A program made the translations under genes and the position numbers. DNA of 64,000 nt, from IMG/VR virus record IMGVR_UViG_3300037512_002166, one strand, 5' to 3'. Each line of letters starts with the position of its first letter. Position 1 is the first letter of the stretch. The DNA is from an uncultured virus (IMG/VR IMGVR_UViG_3300037512_002166). Taxonomy: Duplodnaviria; Heunggongvirae; Uroviricota; Caudoviricetes. The notes under the pieces are model-generated. The model was not told the DNA's origin. It saw nothing but the letters and a program-made list of their open reading frames with translations, and ran no database searches. Shown in pieces: positions 25,747-35,101 of this stretch.

Positions 25747-27822
25747 ATGAGCAAATACGAGAATCTGACTGGAGAGGCGCTCAAGCAGCACCTCTCCAAT
25801 TATCTCGTAGACTCCTGGTCGTACTCGTCCGTGTCGCAGTTCGCCCGCAATGAGAAAGCTTTCGAGCGCCAGTACATCTACTGCGAGAAGGACACGAGCG
25901 GCGCCGCTGCCGTGGCCGGCAACGCCTACCACTCCGCGCTCGAGCTCTTCTTCCGGAACATGATGGAAGGGAAGCCGACGCCGGACATCATCGAGATGCA
26001 GCAGACCGCCTACGAGTATATCGACCGGTTCCCTGGCAACCTCTGGAAGCTGCAGAAGACCACGCCTACGGTCGACGAGGCCAAACAGGCCGCCTACAAG
26101 GCCGTGAACGTCCTCATCGAGAACTTCTTCAAGGAGCAGGACGTCTACCTCTCCGACGTGGCCGAGGTTCTCTTCGTGGAGGAAAAATGGGAAGAATGGC
26201 TGTCCGTCAACGGCGTCGACATCCCGCTCCCCTGCCACCTTCGCATCGACGTGGGCTTCAAGCTGAAGGATGGCCGGCGAGTCATCTGCGACCACAAGTC
26301 TGTTGCCTCCTTTACAGACGACGAGGAGGTCGCCCTGACGCGTGGCCGTCAGTGCATCACGTACTTCCTCGCAGACCTCAAGAAGAACGGCCAGAAGACC
26401 GACGAGGTCTGGTTCATAGAGAATAAGCGGTCCGTCAACAAGGATGGCTCCGCGCAGCTCAAGAAGTGCGTCATCGCAATGGACGCCGACACGCAGCGCC
26501 TCTACGAGGCCATGCTCTACGACAACCTGCGGCGCATGATCCAGGCGGTCGGAGATCCCGACTATGTCTACACCATCAATGATTCCGACCAGCTCACTGA
26601 CCGCGCGGAACTCTACAACTTCTGGACGCGCACGATGATCGCCGAGGTCGACGCCTTCCCGAACATTCCGGAGGGACGCAAGGAAATGATCTCGAAGCGC
26701 CTCAAGAAGGTTCGCGACTCCTCCCTCGCGATGATCAATCCGCGAGTCATCACAGCCTTCCGCAAGAAGGCATCCTCATTCATCGAATTCGACTATTCCA
26801 CAAAGGATATGACAAACGCAGAGAAAATCGAACACGTGCTCCGCACGTTCGGGAAGCCCGTCCAGGTCTTCAAGGAGATCGAAGGCTTCTCTTCCACAAC
26901 CTACCTCCTGGAGGTCTCGGCCGGCGTCAAGATCAGCGACATCAAGCGCTACATGCTCGACATCGCCAAGGCGCTCGATGTGGATTTCGTCCGCATCCCG
27001 GACCGCCTCAGCATGTATGAGGGCAAGGCCTACCTGCCGATCGAACGCAGCCACCCGAGAACCAAGGACTGCCTCTGGGACGAGAAACTCCTCGTCGACC
27101 GGAAGATCCCGCTCGGCATGGACAACTTCGGCAACATCATCGTCTGGGACCTGGACAACAATTCTACCCCGCACCTCCTCGACTGCGGCGGCACCGGTTC
27201 CGGAAAGTCCGTTCTCATCAAGTCCACGATCGCCTACGCCGAGAAGCTCGGTATGCGCATCGTTATCTTCGACCCCAAGTACGAGTTCACATCCTTCTCC
27301 GGAAAGCACGAGGTTGTGCAGGACATAGAGAATATCGAGCAGCGGATGAAGGAGCTTGTGGCTGAGATGCAGGACCGCAAGGGCCAGTTCCTCGGCTATA
27401 CGCTCATCATCTTCGACGAGTTCGCCGACGCCGTCGCGTCCGCCCGCTCCGGCAAGGAGCTCGACCTGTACGAAGAGGAGGAAGTTGGCCTCACCCGCGA
27501 CGGACGCCCGAAGATTCAGAAGATACTCGTCGGCCGCGACAAGTCGCTCGAGGAGAACCTCAAGATGATCCTGCAGAAGGGCCGCTCGCTCGGCTACCGG
27601 GTTCTGGCCGCCACGCAGCGCGCCTCCGTGAAGGTTATCTCCGGCGACGCGAAGGTCAACTTCCCTGTGCAGGTATGCTTCAAGGTCCAGAAAGCCGTCG
27701 ACTCCAAGGTCGTCCTCGACGAGGAGGGCGCCGAGACGCTCATCGGCAAGGGTGACGGTCTCATCAAGTCGCCCGAGTACCTCGACCGCACGGTACGTTT
27801 CCAGGGTTTCTACAAGCCATGA
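25747..27822 (+). CDS. PD-(D/E)XK exonuclease fused to FtsK/SpoIIIE-like ATPase
   Basis: N-terminal SYSS..G.AYH..ID..DHK; C-terminal PHLL.CGGTGSGKS, IFDEFAD, ATQR, GAETLIGKGDGL. Confidence 0.88.
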   Translation: MSKYENLTGEALKQHLSNYLVDSWSYSSVSQFARNEKAFERQYIYCEKDTSGAAAVAGNAYHSALELFFRNMMEGKPTPDIIEMQQTAYEYIDRFPGNLWKLQKTTPTVDEAKQAAYKAVNVLIENFFKEQDVYLSDVAEVLFVEEKWEEWLSVNGVDIPLPCHLRIDVGFKLKDGRRVICDHKSVASFTDDEEVALTRGRQCITYFLADLKKNGQKTDEVWFIENKRSVNKDGSAQLKKCVIAMDADTQRLYEAMLYDNLRRMIQAVGDPDYVYTINDSDQLTDRAELYNFWTRTMIAEVDAFPNIPEGRKEMISKRLKKVRDSSLAMINPRVITAFRKKASSFIEFDYSTKDMTNAEKIEHVLRTFGKPVQVFKEIEGFSSTTYLLEVSAGVKISDIKRYMLDIAKALDVDFVRIPDRLSMYEGKAYLPIERSHPRTKDCLWDEKLLVDRKIPLGMDNFGNIIVWDLDNNSTPHLLDCGGTGSGKSVLIKSTIAYAEKLGMRIVIFDPKYEFTSFSGKHEVVQDIENIEQRMKELVAEMQDRKGQFLGYTLIIFDEFADAVASARSGKELDLYEEEEVGLTRDGRPKIQKILVGRDKSLEENLKMILQKGRSLGYRVLAATQRASVKVISGDAKVNFPVQVCFKVQKAVDSKVVLDEEGAETLIGKGDGLIKSPEYLDRTVRFQGFYKP

Positions 27823-28019
27823 TAACGGTATCCAATACAGATTTCGCGCAAGCGATAGCGCTTCTGAAGGCATTCAGCTCCTCTCCAGGCAAGACCAGGA
27901 GGGAGCTGAATGACCGGCGGAAGGCCTCCCTCATCGTAAAGAAATGGAGCAAGCAACTCTGCACCACAAAGGAGACCGCGTCTCCTGGAAAGGCGCCAAC
28001 GGCGTCGAATCCGGAATAA
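27819..28019 (+). CDS. Hypothetical protein
   Basis: ATGA overlap. Confidence 0.5.
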   Translation: MITVSNTDFAQAIALLKAFSSSPGKTRRELNDRRKASLIVKKWSKQLCTTKETASPGKAPTASNPE

Positions 28020-28109
28020 TCACCGAAGATATGGGCCGGGGGCGGTACATAGTACGGCTCAACAATGGCCGCGATATGATCGTTAACATTAAATCAATCA
28101 TCGAATAAA

Positions 28110-28325
28110 ATGGAAGCATTGAAAGTAGGAGATAAGGTGCATTTCCGCACCGCCGACGGCAAGAAGCACTTCGGCACCATCGATTCCCTCGTCCCGAGCA
28201 TCGACGGCTGTGACATATACTCCGTCAAATGCCCGGCCCTCGGTACGTACGTTACCGTCGAGAAGCCCGAGAAGACCAAGCGAAAACCCCGCTCAAAGAA
28301 GAAGAAAGAGAAGAAATCAGAGTAG
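28110..28325 (+). CDS. Small basic protein
   Basis: LKVGDKV SH3-like start, Lys-rich tail. Confidence 0.65.
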   Translation: MEALKVGDKVHFRTADGKKHFGTIDSLVPSIDGCDIYSVKCPALGTYVTVEKPEKTKRKPRSKKKKEKKSE

Positions 28326-28380
28326 TCTTCTTCGCTTTCTTCACAAAGTCAATAATTATCCCTTGTATTTTACCAAAAAA

Positions 28381-28518
28381 GGGTTAAATTTGTCGCGTTT
28401 CCCTTTGTGACTATCGGGACGAGACATATAGGAATAACGAGAAATACATACTGGTTATCCGCTCCTCTCTCTTGATAGTCACCCGCTTTTGCGGAAGAGA
28501 AGGGGCGGATAACTTTTT
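28381..28518 (+). promoter_or_regulatory. Promoter and attenuator-like leader of replication operon
   Basis: GGGTTAAATTTG; terminator 28454-28518 whose loop pairs with 28407-28419. Confidence 0.6.
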
Positions 28519-28524
28519 ACCACA

Positions 28525-29337
28525 ATGAACGAAGGTTATATAAGACTACACCGATCGATAGAAGACTGGGAATGGGCGAACAACCCAACCATGTACTACT
28601 TCTGGGTCAGACTCCTCGTAGTGGCAAATTATGAGGACAGAGAATGGCAGGGTAGGATCGTCGAGCGCGGCTGTATAATAACCTCGATCGCGAAGCTCGC
28701 TGCCGATTTTTCCTTATCCGTGAAACAAGTTAGAACCTGTATAGAACGGCTAACAAAGAGCAAGCAAATAGTCACACAAACGGCAAACAAATGGACAAAG
28801 ATAACTATCTGTAATTATGATAATTACCAGTGGTGTCCGGAAACAAAAAGGCAAACAAACGGCGAGCAAAATGGCAGACAAACGGCAAGCGAAAGGGCAA
28901 CAACTAAAGAAGTCTCTACTTCATCAGAACCTAACGGTTCTTCTGAAGATAGAGACAAGAATAATATAAAAATAATAAACAACGCGCCCGTGCGCGATGG
29001 TGTCTCTGACTCTGTCGAAAGGCTTTACAATCTATATCCGACAAAATGCCCCATAAGCAACCGGAGAACCGAGAAGGGTAAGGATAGCAAGCAGATCATC
29101 GCCCGGCTGTTAAAGTCGAGGACCGAAGAGAATATAGCAAAGCTTATCAACAAGTACCTTTCCGACTGCATCGAGAGCAAAACGTATATCGCAAACTTCG
29201 CGACCATGCTCCGAAAGATCGAGAGCGGAAAACTCGATGACCTCGAGCTTCCATACGAACAGAAACCGGAAACCGCAAACCGGCCAAAGATACACTACTA
29301 CGATCAGAATGACGATCCCAACTACAAAGCGCAATGA
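28525..29337 (+). CDS. Phage replication initiator (replisome organiser)
   Basis: GYIRLHRSI..WEW N-terminal wHTH, upstream of DnaB, internal iterons. Confidence 0.85.
   Translation: MNEGYIRLHRSIEDWEWANNPTMYYFWVRLLVVANYEDREWQGRIVERGCIITSIAKLAADFSLSVKQVRTCIERLTKSKQIVTQTANKWTKITICNYDNYQWCPETKRQTNGEQNGRQTASERATTKEVSTSSEPNGSSEDRDKNNIKIINNAPVRDGVSDSVERLYNLYPTKCPISNRRTEKGKDSKQIIARLLKSRTEENIAKLINKYLSDCIESKTYIANFATMLRKIESGKLDDLELPYEQKPETANRPKIHYYDQNDDPNYKAQ
28773..28981. repeat. Putative replication origin: AAAYGGCA iterons plus AT-rich tract within initiator gene
   Basis: Repeats with about 12-bp spacing at 28773-28902; lambda O-like arrangement. Confidence 0.6.
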
Positions 29338-30650
29338 AAGAGAAAGTAATGACCATGGCGGAGCTTCCGCCGCCGAATAGCACCGACATTGAGCGCCAGA
29401 TCCTCAATGAGACCATCTTCAATGCGGACGCCATCATGCCGGACCTTATCGGCATCATCACGCCGGATATGTTCTCGGATGATGACCGCCGCGAGATCTG
29501 GAACGTCCTCGTCGGCATGTTCAACAAGGGCGAGGAAATCGACCTTATCTCGGTCAAGCAGAAGACGAGATTCGACGTCCTGTTCCGGGAGGCTATTGGT
29601 CCGAAGATCGAGACCGGCGGGGCGTACTCTTCACTTCAGCATGCCGCACTCCTTCGGGACATCGCCTGTCGGCGCCGCATGTACTACGCATCGCTCAAGA
29701 TGCTTGAGGCGAGTACCAACCCGAGCCTTTCAGAGGAGGATGTGTGCGGTATCTCGGAGAGTGTCATTAAGGAGGTCCAAGGCGAGCCCCTTACGAATAA
29801 GGAGGTCAATATTGAGACATCCATCAATAGGGTGGCTGACGAGCTTGAGGAGCAGCAGAAGCAGGTTGCCGCAGGAAGGGCCGTAAAGGTTCCGTCCAGC
29901 ATTCAGGCTATCGAACGGCTGACATACGGCGGATTCGGGCCGGGACAGCTCGTTATCCTGGCCGCCCGCCCTTCGGTCGGTAAGACCGCACTGATGCTCC
30001 AGATGGCCAAGGCTGCGGCCTCGGCCGGCGTGCCTTCGATTATCTTCTCTCTCGAGATGACGTCATCCGAGCTAACCAAGCGGCTCATGTACTCAACCGG
30101 ATTCGTCGGCCCAGAGCAGCTGTCCGCTGTCCGGGGTGTGGACTGGAACATGTTCGAGTCCGCCGCGAACAGGCTGACACCACTCGACGTCCTCATCAAC
30201 GACAAGTCCAGGAGCCTTACGGAGATCTGTTCGAGAATCAACGTGCTCCATCAGAGGGGCCGGTGCGGAATCGCCTTCATCGACTACCTCTCGCTGATGC
30301 GTGTAAACAATAAGCTCGACCGGAAGATGGAGCTCGGCCTCGCAACCCGCGAGCTGAAGCTTCTCGCCATGCAGTGCGGCATCCCCATCGTGGTCCTGGC
30401 ACAGCTGAACCGCGACTCCGCCAAGGACGGCCGGCCACCGATGCTCTATGACCTCAAGGACTCCGGAGACATCGAGCAGGACGCCGACATCGTGATGATG
30501 CTCGAGAATGCGAGCGAGCCGATTGGGGACAACCCGCCGGACATCAACCTCTGGCTCCGCAAGAACCGAGGCGGCCGCCGCGACATCTGCATCGCCCTTC
30601 GGCCGAATATGACTTACTCAGACTTCAGAGAACTTGGATCAAGCGAATAG
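29334..30650 (+). CDS. dnaB: Replicative helicase
   Basis: AARPSVGKT, IDYL, AQLNR, SGDIEQDAD. Confidence 0.95.
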   Translation: MKEKVMTMAELPPPNSTDIERQILNETIFNADAIMPDLIGIITPDMFSDDDRREIWNVLVGMFNKGEEIDLISVKQKTRFDVLFREAIGPKIETGGAYSSLQHAALLRDIACRRRMYYASLKMLEASTNPSLSEEDVCGISESVIKEVQGEPLTNKEVNIETSINRVADELEEQQKQVAAGRAVKVPSSIQAIERLTYGGFGPGQLVILAARPSVGKTALMLQMAKAAASAGVPSIIFSLEMTSSELTKRLMYSTGFVGPEQLSAVRGVDWNMFESAANRLTPLDVLINDKSRSLTEICSRINVLHQRGRCGIAFIDYLSLMRVNNKLDRKMELGLATRELKLLAMQCGIPIVVLAQLNRDSAKDGRPPMLYDLKDSGDIEQDADIVMMLENASEPIGDNPPDINLWLRKNRGGRRDICIALRPNMTYSDFRELGSSE

Positions 30651-30652
30651 AC

Positions 30653-30922
30653 ATGAACTGCAAAGATTGCCACTACTACGATTGCGCGTTCAGGACACCT
30701 CTTGGCGGATGTAATGACACGGCGCCTATGTATATCTCGCCGGCGCCACAGAAAGAGCCGCAGGCCGTTATTGTAATCCCGGAGGATTATGTAAGACTCG
30801 TGAATAAGGTCAAGGATCTGCGGAACGCACAAAAGAAGCACAAGGAAACACTCAACTACGGATATCGATGCCTGGCGATAAGGCTCGAGAAAGAAGTGGA
30901 CGAGATTCTCGAAAAACTTTAA
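30653..30922 (+). CDS. Hypothetical protein
   Basis: ORF in operon. Confidence 0.6.
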   Translation: MNCKDCHYYDCAFRTPLGGCNDTAPMYISPAPQKEPQAVIVIPEDYVRLVNKVKDLRNAQKKHKETLNYGYRCLAIRLEKEVDEILEKL

Positions 30923-31180
30923 TCACAATCCAATATTATGAAACAGATTCACACACAGGCCCGCAAGGCCAACAGATGCTCCGGCTTCCGGAAGCATGGT
31001 GCCGTGGACTCCCCGTCCCGTATGCGCATGTTCAAGCGGTCGGAGATGCAGCCCAAGCGCAATCACAAGATCTTCGGATGCCAGGTCGTCCGCATTCAGC
31101 GCATCTTCTTCAAGATGGATCGCTTCGGCGCCCCAATCTATCGCCTCGTACCTCACGCCATCCAGAGAATGCAGTAGGTC

Positions 31181-31789
31181 ATGAGGAAGAAACGCTTCGC
31201 ATGCTGCAGGAACTGCGTGAACGCTTTCGCCAATGACTGCTACCTTCTCAAACGTGGTCTCCCCTGCGAGTTCAAGCCGCTGAACGAGGAGCCGGACAAT
31301 CGCGTCGGGACGGCGATCGCCATTGCCATCATCATCCTGTTTGCGACCGCGCTCTTCATCTGGGGGTGCAAGCCGCAGGAGGCGACGCAGGAGCCCGTCC
31401 AGCACGTGTCCGCCGTAAAGCTGCTGCATCAGCAGCACCACGAGCTTACCGAATGGGAGGAGCTTCAGATGGCCATCATCTGGACGGAGTCGAACTTCAG
31501 AGCGAACGCCGTCGGCGCGACCTCGGATTTCGGCCTTTACCAGATTACGCCGATCTACATCTCCGAAGTGAACCGCGTCGCAGGCACCGAATACGCCCAT
31601 GAGGACGCCTTCGATCCGGAGAAATCCGTGGCGATGTTTGCGGCCATGCAGGATCATTACAACCCCGGCAGGGATCTCGATCTCGCCATCTATTACCATA
31701 ACAAATCATCCGAATACAAGGCAAGGGTCCTCAAGAACCTCGAGATGGTCCGCCGGTATGAGGAAGTCAGAAAATTAGTGAAAAAATGA
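31181..31789 (+). CDS. Membrane-anchored lytic transglycosylase (SLT-like)
   Basis: TM segment, AIIWTES, GLYQITP. Confidence 0.75.
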   Translation: MRKKRFACCRNCVNAFANDCYLLKRGLPCEFKPLNEEPDNRVGTAIAIAIIILFATALFIWGCKPQEATQEPVQHVSAVKLLHQQHHELTEWEELQMAIIWTESNFRANAVGATSDFGLYQITPIYISEVNRVAGTEYAHEDAFDPEKSVAMFAAMQDHYNPGRDLDLAIYYHNKSSEYKARVLKNLEMVRRYEEVRKLVKK

Positions 31790-32118
31790 ATAAAGAAAAG
31801 AAAACCAATGATGTCGGCGACATGGGAGCCGCCTTCAAAGAGGCCGCAGAGGCCAATGATGGGTTTGCGAAATCTGTCATCAACGAGCTTGAACACATGA
31901 CGGTTCTCGTCCACGCTGCTGCTGTGGACGATTTTGTCCGGTGCTCCAGGAAATTATCCAGAGCAAGCTTCATCACGCGCAAGTATTGGAAGCGTCGCCT
32001 TTCCCATGCGGCCGAAACCATGGTCGCCGCCAATGACATGCTGAAGCGTTTTGTCGGAATTTTTGGCGCGGACCTCGAAGAGGTGAAGAAGGACAACAAT
32101 CCGAAGCCGGAGGAATAG
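31786..32118 (+). CDS. Hypothetical protein
   Basis: ORF in operon. Confidence 0.6.
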   Translation: MNKEKKTNDVGDMGAAFKEAAEANDGFAKSVINELEHMTVLVHAAAVDDFVRCSRKLSRASFITRKYWKRRLSHAAETMVAANDMLKRFVGIFGADLEEVKKDNNPKPEE

Positions 32119-32227
32119 CGCATGGATATCTTCTACCATATCGCCGGAGTAGTGGTCACGATTATCGGCATTGTCGCGATCGGGCACAACCTGCACGGAA
32201 AGTCGAAATATTGTATGGGATATAAGT

Positions 32228-32869
32228 ATGTGTACGAATGAGGAAATAAACAATTCAATTTTGCTTCATAAAGGGTATTCGTTATATGAAGGAAACAAAC
32301 AAAACTTATCTTGCTGCATGTATTTCTTCCTCATGGATGCGGCGAAGCAGGTATTCGACAGCTCCGTGAGTAAACAGGAGTGTTCCGGCCAGCAGAAGGT
32401 TATGATGACCCGCATGCAGGACGGATTCCACTTCTTCTTCAAGGACTTCTTCTCTGCCTTCAACCAGGAACAGACAGATTTTATCATCGACAAGGCTGAC
32501 GAATTCGAGGAGCAGATCGCACACCACCTCGAGATCGCCGAGATTGCTATCCAGGAGTGTGTGAATCACCTGCCGATAGAGCGACAGCGCGAGATCTCGA
32601 AGGTCTGGCTGTGCAACCTGCTCGCAGCCGACGCCCAGGACTTCCACGGCGAATGCTGGAAGACCGGCGGCAAGCAGCCGCTCAAGGACCGCTATATCGA
32701 GCAGGTCGTGAACGCCAGCAAGCTGTACTCGAAGTATCGCTTTGGCGATGGCCCGATCATTTCCGAAAAGCAATTCAGTCGGGTCCAGGCGTCTGTCCAG
32801 GTCATCGCGAAGAAGACGGTCAATTTCCTTTACCAAGACTATCTCAGAGAGATCGGACAACATGAATAG
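32228..32869 (+). CDS. Hypothetical protein
   Basis: ORF in operon; start uncertain. Confidence 0.65.
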   Translation: MCTNEEINNSILLHKGYSLYEGNKQNLSCCMYFFLMDAAKQVFDSSVSKQECSGQQKVMMTRMQDGFHFFFKDFFSAFNQEQTDFIIDKADEFEEQIAHHLEIAEIAIQECVNHLPIERQREISKVWLCNLLAADAQDFHGECWKTGGKQPLKDRYIEQVVNASKLYSKYRFGDGPIISEKQFSRVQASVQVIAKKTVNFLYQDYLREIGQHE

Positions 32870-33170
32870 GAAAATCCTCATTGCGGATTCGAGGCGTAGG
32901 ATAAAGGAGGAGCTCTGCGATAAGATGCTCGAAATTTCCGGCTTCGACCCAAGGGAACTGACCAGGAGACGACCGGTCGTCATGGCCCGCGTAATCGTGT
33001 GCTATGTGCTCACGTCACGGCATAGGTTTACCGAAGATGAAGTCGCTATCCTTTTTGGGATCGATCACGCGACGGTAAATCACTACAAGAAAAGAATGGA
33101 GGACATCTTCTTGTTGCCAGGCTACGAGGCAGAGGATGAACTCTGGGACAAATTTAAAGCTATATTATAA
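32862..33170 (+). CDS. DnaA C-terminal-like HTH protein
   Basis: RRPVVMAR..IDHATVNH. Confidence 0.7.
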   Translation: MNRKILIADSRRRIKEELCDKMLEISGFDPRELTRRRPVVMARVIVCYVLTSRHRFTEDEVAILFGIDHATVNHYKKRMEDIFLLPGYEAEDELWDKFKAIL

Positions 33171-33475
33171 TGAGCCAGGTTTTAGAATCGCAAATCTACG
33201 CTGACGCCATAAGGACCTACGGCGTAGACGGTCAGGTGGACATGCTCCACGAGGAGGTTGGAGAGCTGCTCTCCGCCATCAATAAGTTCAAGCGCGGAAG
33301 AGTTCCCGCGAGCGAGGTGGTCACCGAGATCGCCGACGTCATGATCATGTGTGGCCAGATGGCACACATATTCGGGCCGGAAGAGGTCCGCAAGGAGAAA
33401 GAGCGCAAGCTCGCAAGACTTTGGAAAAAAATCAGAGAACACCATGACAAAGCAAGAGAAAAAGGCGGTCAATGA
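33170..33475 (+). CDS. MazG-like nucleotide pyrophosphohydrolase
   Basis: EEVGEL..EIADV. Confidence 0.8.
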   Translation: MSQVLESQIYADAIRTYGVDGQVDMLHEEVGELLSAINKFKRGRVPASEVVTEIADVMIMCGQMAHIFGPEEVRKEKERKLARLWKKIREHHDKAREKGGQ

Positions 33476-33603
33476 TTATCTCGCCGCCATCTACCTCCGC
33501 ATCAATAAGGCGAAGGCAGCAATCGATGAACAGAACTACGGCATCGCCCGCCGCATCCTCGGCGAGGCGTATCCGAAACTTGACCTCAAAGAAGACTGAT
33601 ACC

Positions 33604-33906
33604 ATGTTCGGAATCAAGAAACTGAAGCGAAGAATCGCAGAGCTCGAGGCTGCCCTCGAGGAGCGTGAGGGCGCGCTGCGTAAGGCGGCCCACTTCTCCC
33701 TCACATACACACTCACGGAATCGGACCTCATCAAGCACAAGCAGCAGACGGCCCGAAAGAAAGACGCCACCGAGCGGATGGCCTGCTCGCTCGGCTACAA
33801 GATCTTGAAGCGGTTCCCGCCGCATGAGATTATCGATGACGGGGTCGTCGTCGGCTACCATGTGGAAATCGACGCCCGGCGCCCGTACACCTGGCCAGAA
33901 GTTTAA
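33604..33906 (+). CDS. Hypothetical protein
   Basis: ATG MFGIKKLK. Confidence 0.6.
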   Translation: MFGIKKLKRRIAELEAALEEREGALRKAAHFSLTYTLTESDLIKHKQQTARKKDATERMACSLGYKILKRFPPHEIIDDGVVVGYHVEIDARRPYTWPEV

Positions 33907-33926
33907 CCCATAACACATAATGCACA

Positions 33927-34286
33927 ATGAAAGGATTTAGATCTGAAGACGTGCCCTCCTGTGGCATCGCACGTTCCGTCAACCGTACTGTCGGTAAACA
34001 GGTCGTGGGTTACCGCGACGTTCTCAAGAAAGCCTCCGAGCTTGGTATCACGTTCCACACAAACCAGTGGGGTTCCCTGTGCTTCTCCGCGCACCAGGCT
34101 GAGCGAATCCGCCAGGAACTCCTCAAGGACTTCAAGGAAGAGAAGCCGGCAGAAGACCCGCAGCCGGAGGTGGAAGCCGAGAAGGCCGTGTCCGGTATTC
34201 TTTCCCAGTTTGAAGACAAGGCCCTTGTCAAGGAGCTGCGCCGCCGTGGCTGGGAGGTCGAATGTAAGAGACTCGAGACGCTGTAG
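33927..34286 (+). CDS. Hypothetical protein
   Basis: LVKELRRRGW C-terminal motif. Confidence 0.65.
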   Translation: MKGFRSEDVPSCGIARSVNRTVGKQVVGYRDVLKKASELGITFHTNQWGSLCFSAHQAERIRQELLKDFKEEKPAEDPQPEVEAEKAVSGILSQFEDKALVKELRRRGWEVECKRLETL

Positions 34287-34288
34287 CC

Positions 34289-34564
34289 ATGGCAGAAATG
34301 AAAGCGCAGGACGGGTATCAGCCGTCCGAAGAAGAAAAGAAGAAGATCAATGAGTTTGCGACCTACCTCCAAGAGCAAGGTTACGACGGCTTTCTGATGG
34401 TCAAAAAAGGCGACGTTGGTGTCTCGTGGGCGAATGTCAAGGATGCTGATGAGGTTCGTCATATCATCATCAATTCGCTCGGTCATATCATGGAAGAATC
34501 AGAGGATTCCGCTGCGGAAATTGCCGGCGGAATCATCCTCGCGTCAAATCAAATCACATCGTAG
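34289..34564 (+). CDS. Hypothetical protein
   Basis: TAGCCATG junction. Confidence 0.65.
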   Translation: MAEMKAQDGYQPSEEEKKKINEFATYLQEQGYDGFLMVKKGDVGVSWANVKDADEVRHIIINSLGHIMEESEDSAAEIAGGIILASNQITS

Positions 34565-34565
34565 T

Positions 34566-35099
34566 ATGGAAGATCCTATCATCAATATCAAACAGGCAAT
34601 CCGCCAGCTCGCGGAGTGCGGCGTGAATACCAGCGAGCTGATGTCGGCAACCCTCAAGGCCGCAGATATGTTCCGGGAGATCAAGGATAGCGACGGCGAG
34701 TGGACGAGGAGGGAGATTGTGGACGTTGTCGAGAACTTTGTTGCCAGCGAGGACCGCAGGAATAGAATGTTCGCCTGGCTGGAAGACCACAAGGCTCCGG
34801 AGGGGTCCGACAAGCAGGTTTCCGTCAAACTCTCCGAGAGCGGGGATAAGGAGGCACGAAAGCAATTATCGGAATTCCTTTTTGAAGTGATGGTTCACGG
34901 CAAGAACGCGAATTTCGACAGATTCGGCAAAGCAGATTGTGCCAAGTGGATCGATTTGGTTAACCATGGTCATAAGTCCGCCTGGAAACCGACCGATGGG
35001 CAGCTAAACACATTGAGGCTTTTCGTGCTCAATCAGCCGGTTGGTTTGAAAGAACTCAGAGTCCTTGAATCCCTTTATGATGAACTCAAAAAGTTGTAA
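34566..35099 (+). CDS. Hypothetical protein (WKP..LYDELKKL)
   Basis: Shares C-terminal module with next gene. Confidence 0.65.
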   Translation: MEDPIINIKQAIRQLAECGVNTSELMSATLKAADMFREIKDSDGEWTRREIVDVVENFVASEDRRNRMFAWLEDHKAPEGSDKQVSVKLSESGDKEARKQLSEFLFEVMVHGKNANFDRFGKADCAKWIDLVNHGHKSAWKPTDGQLNTLRLFVLNQPVGLKELRVLESLYDELKKL

Positions 35100-35101
35100 A
35101 C

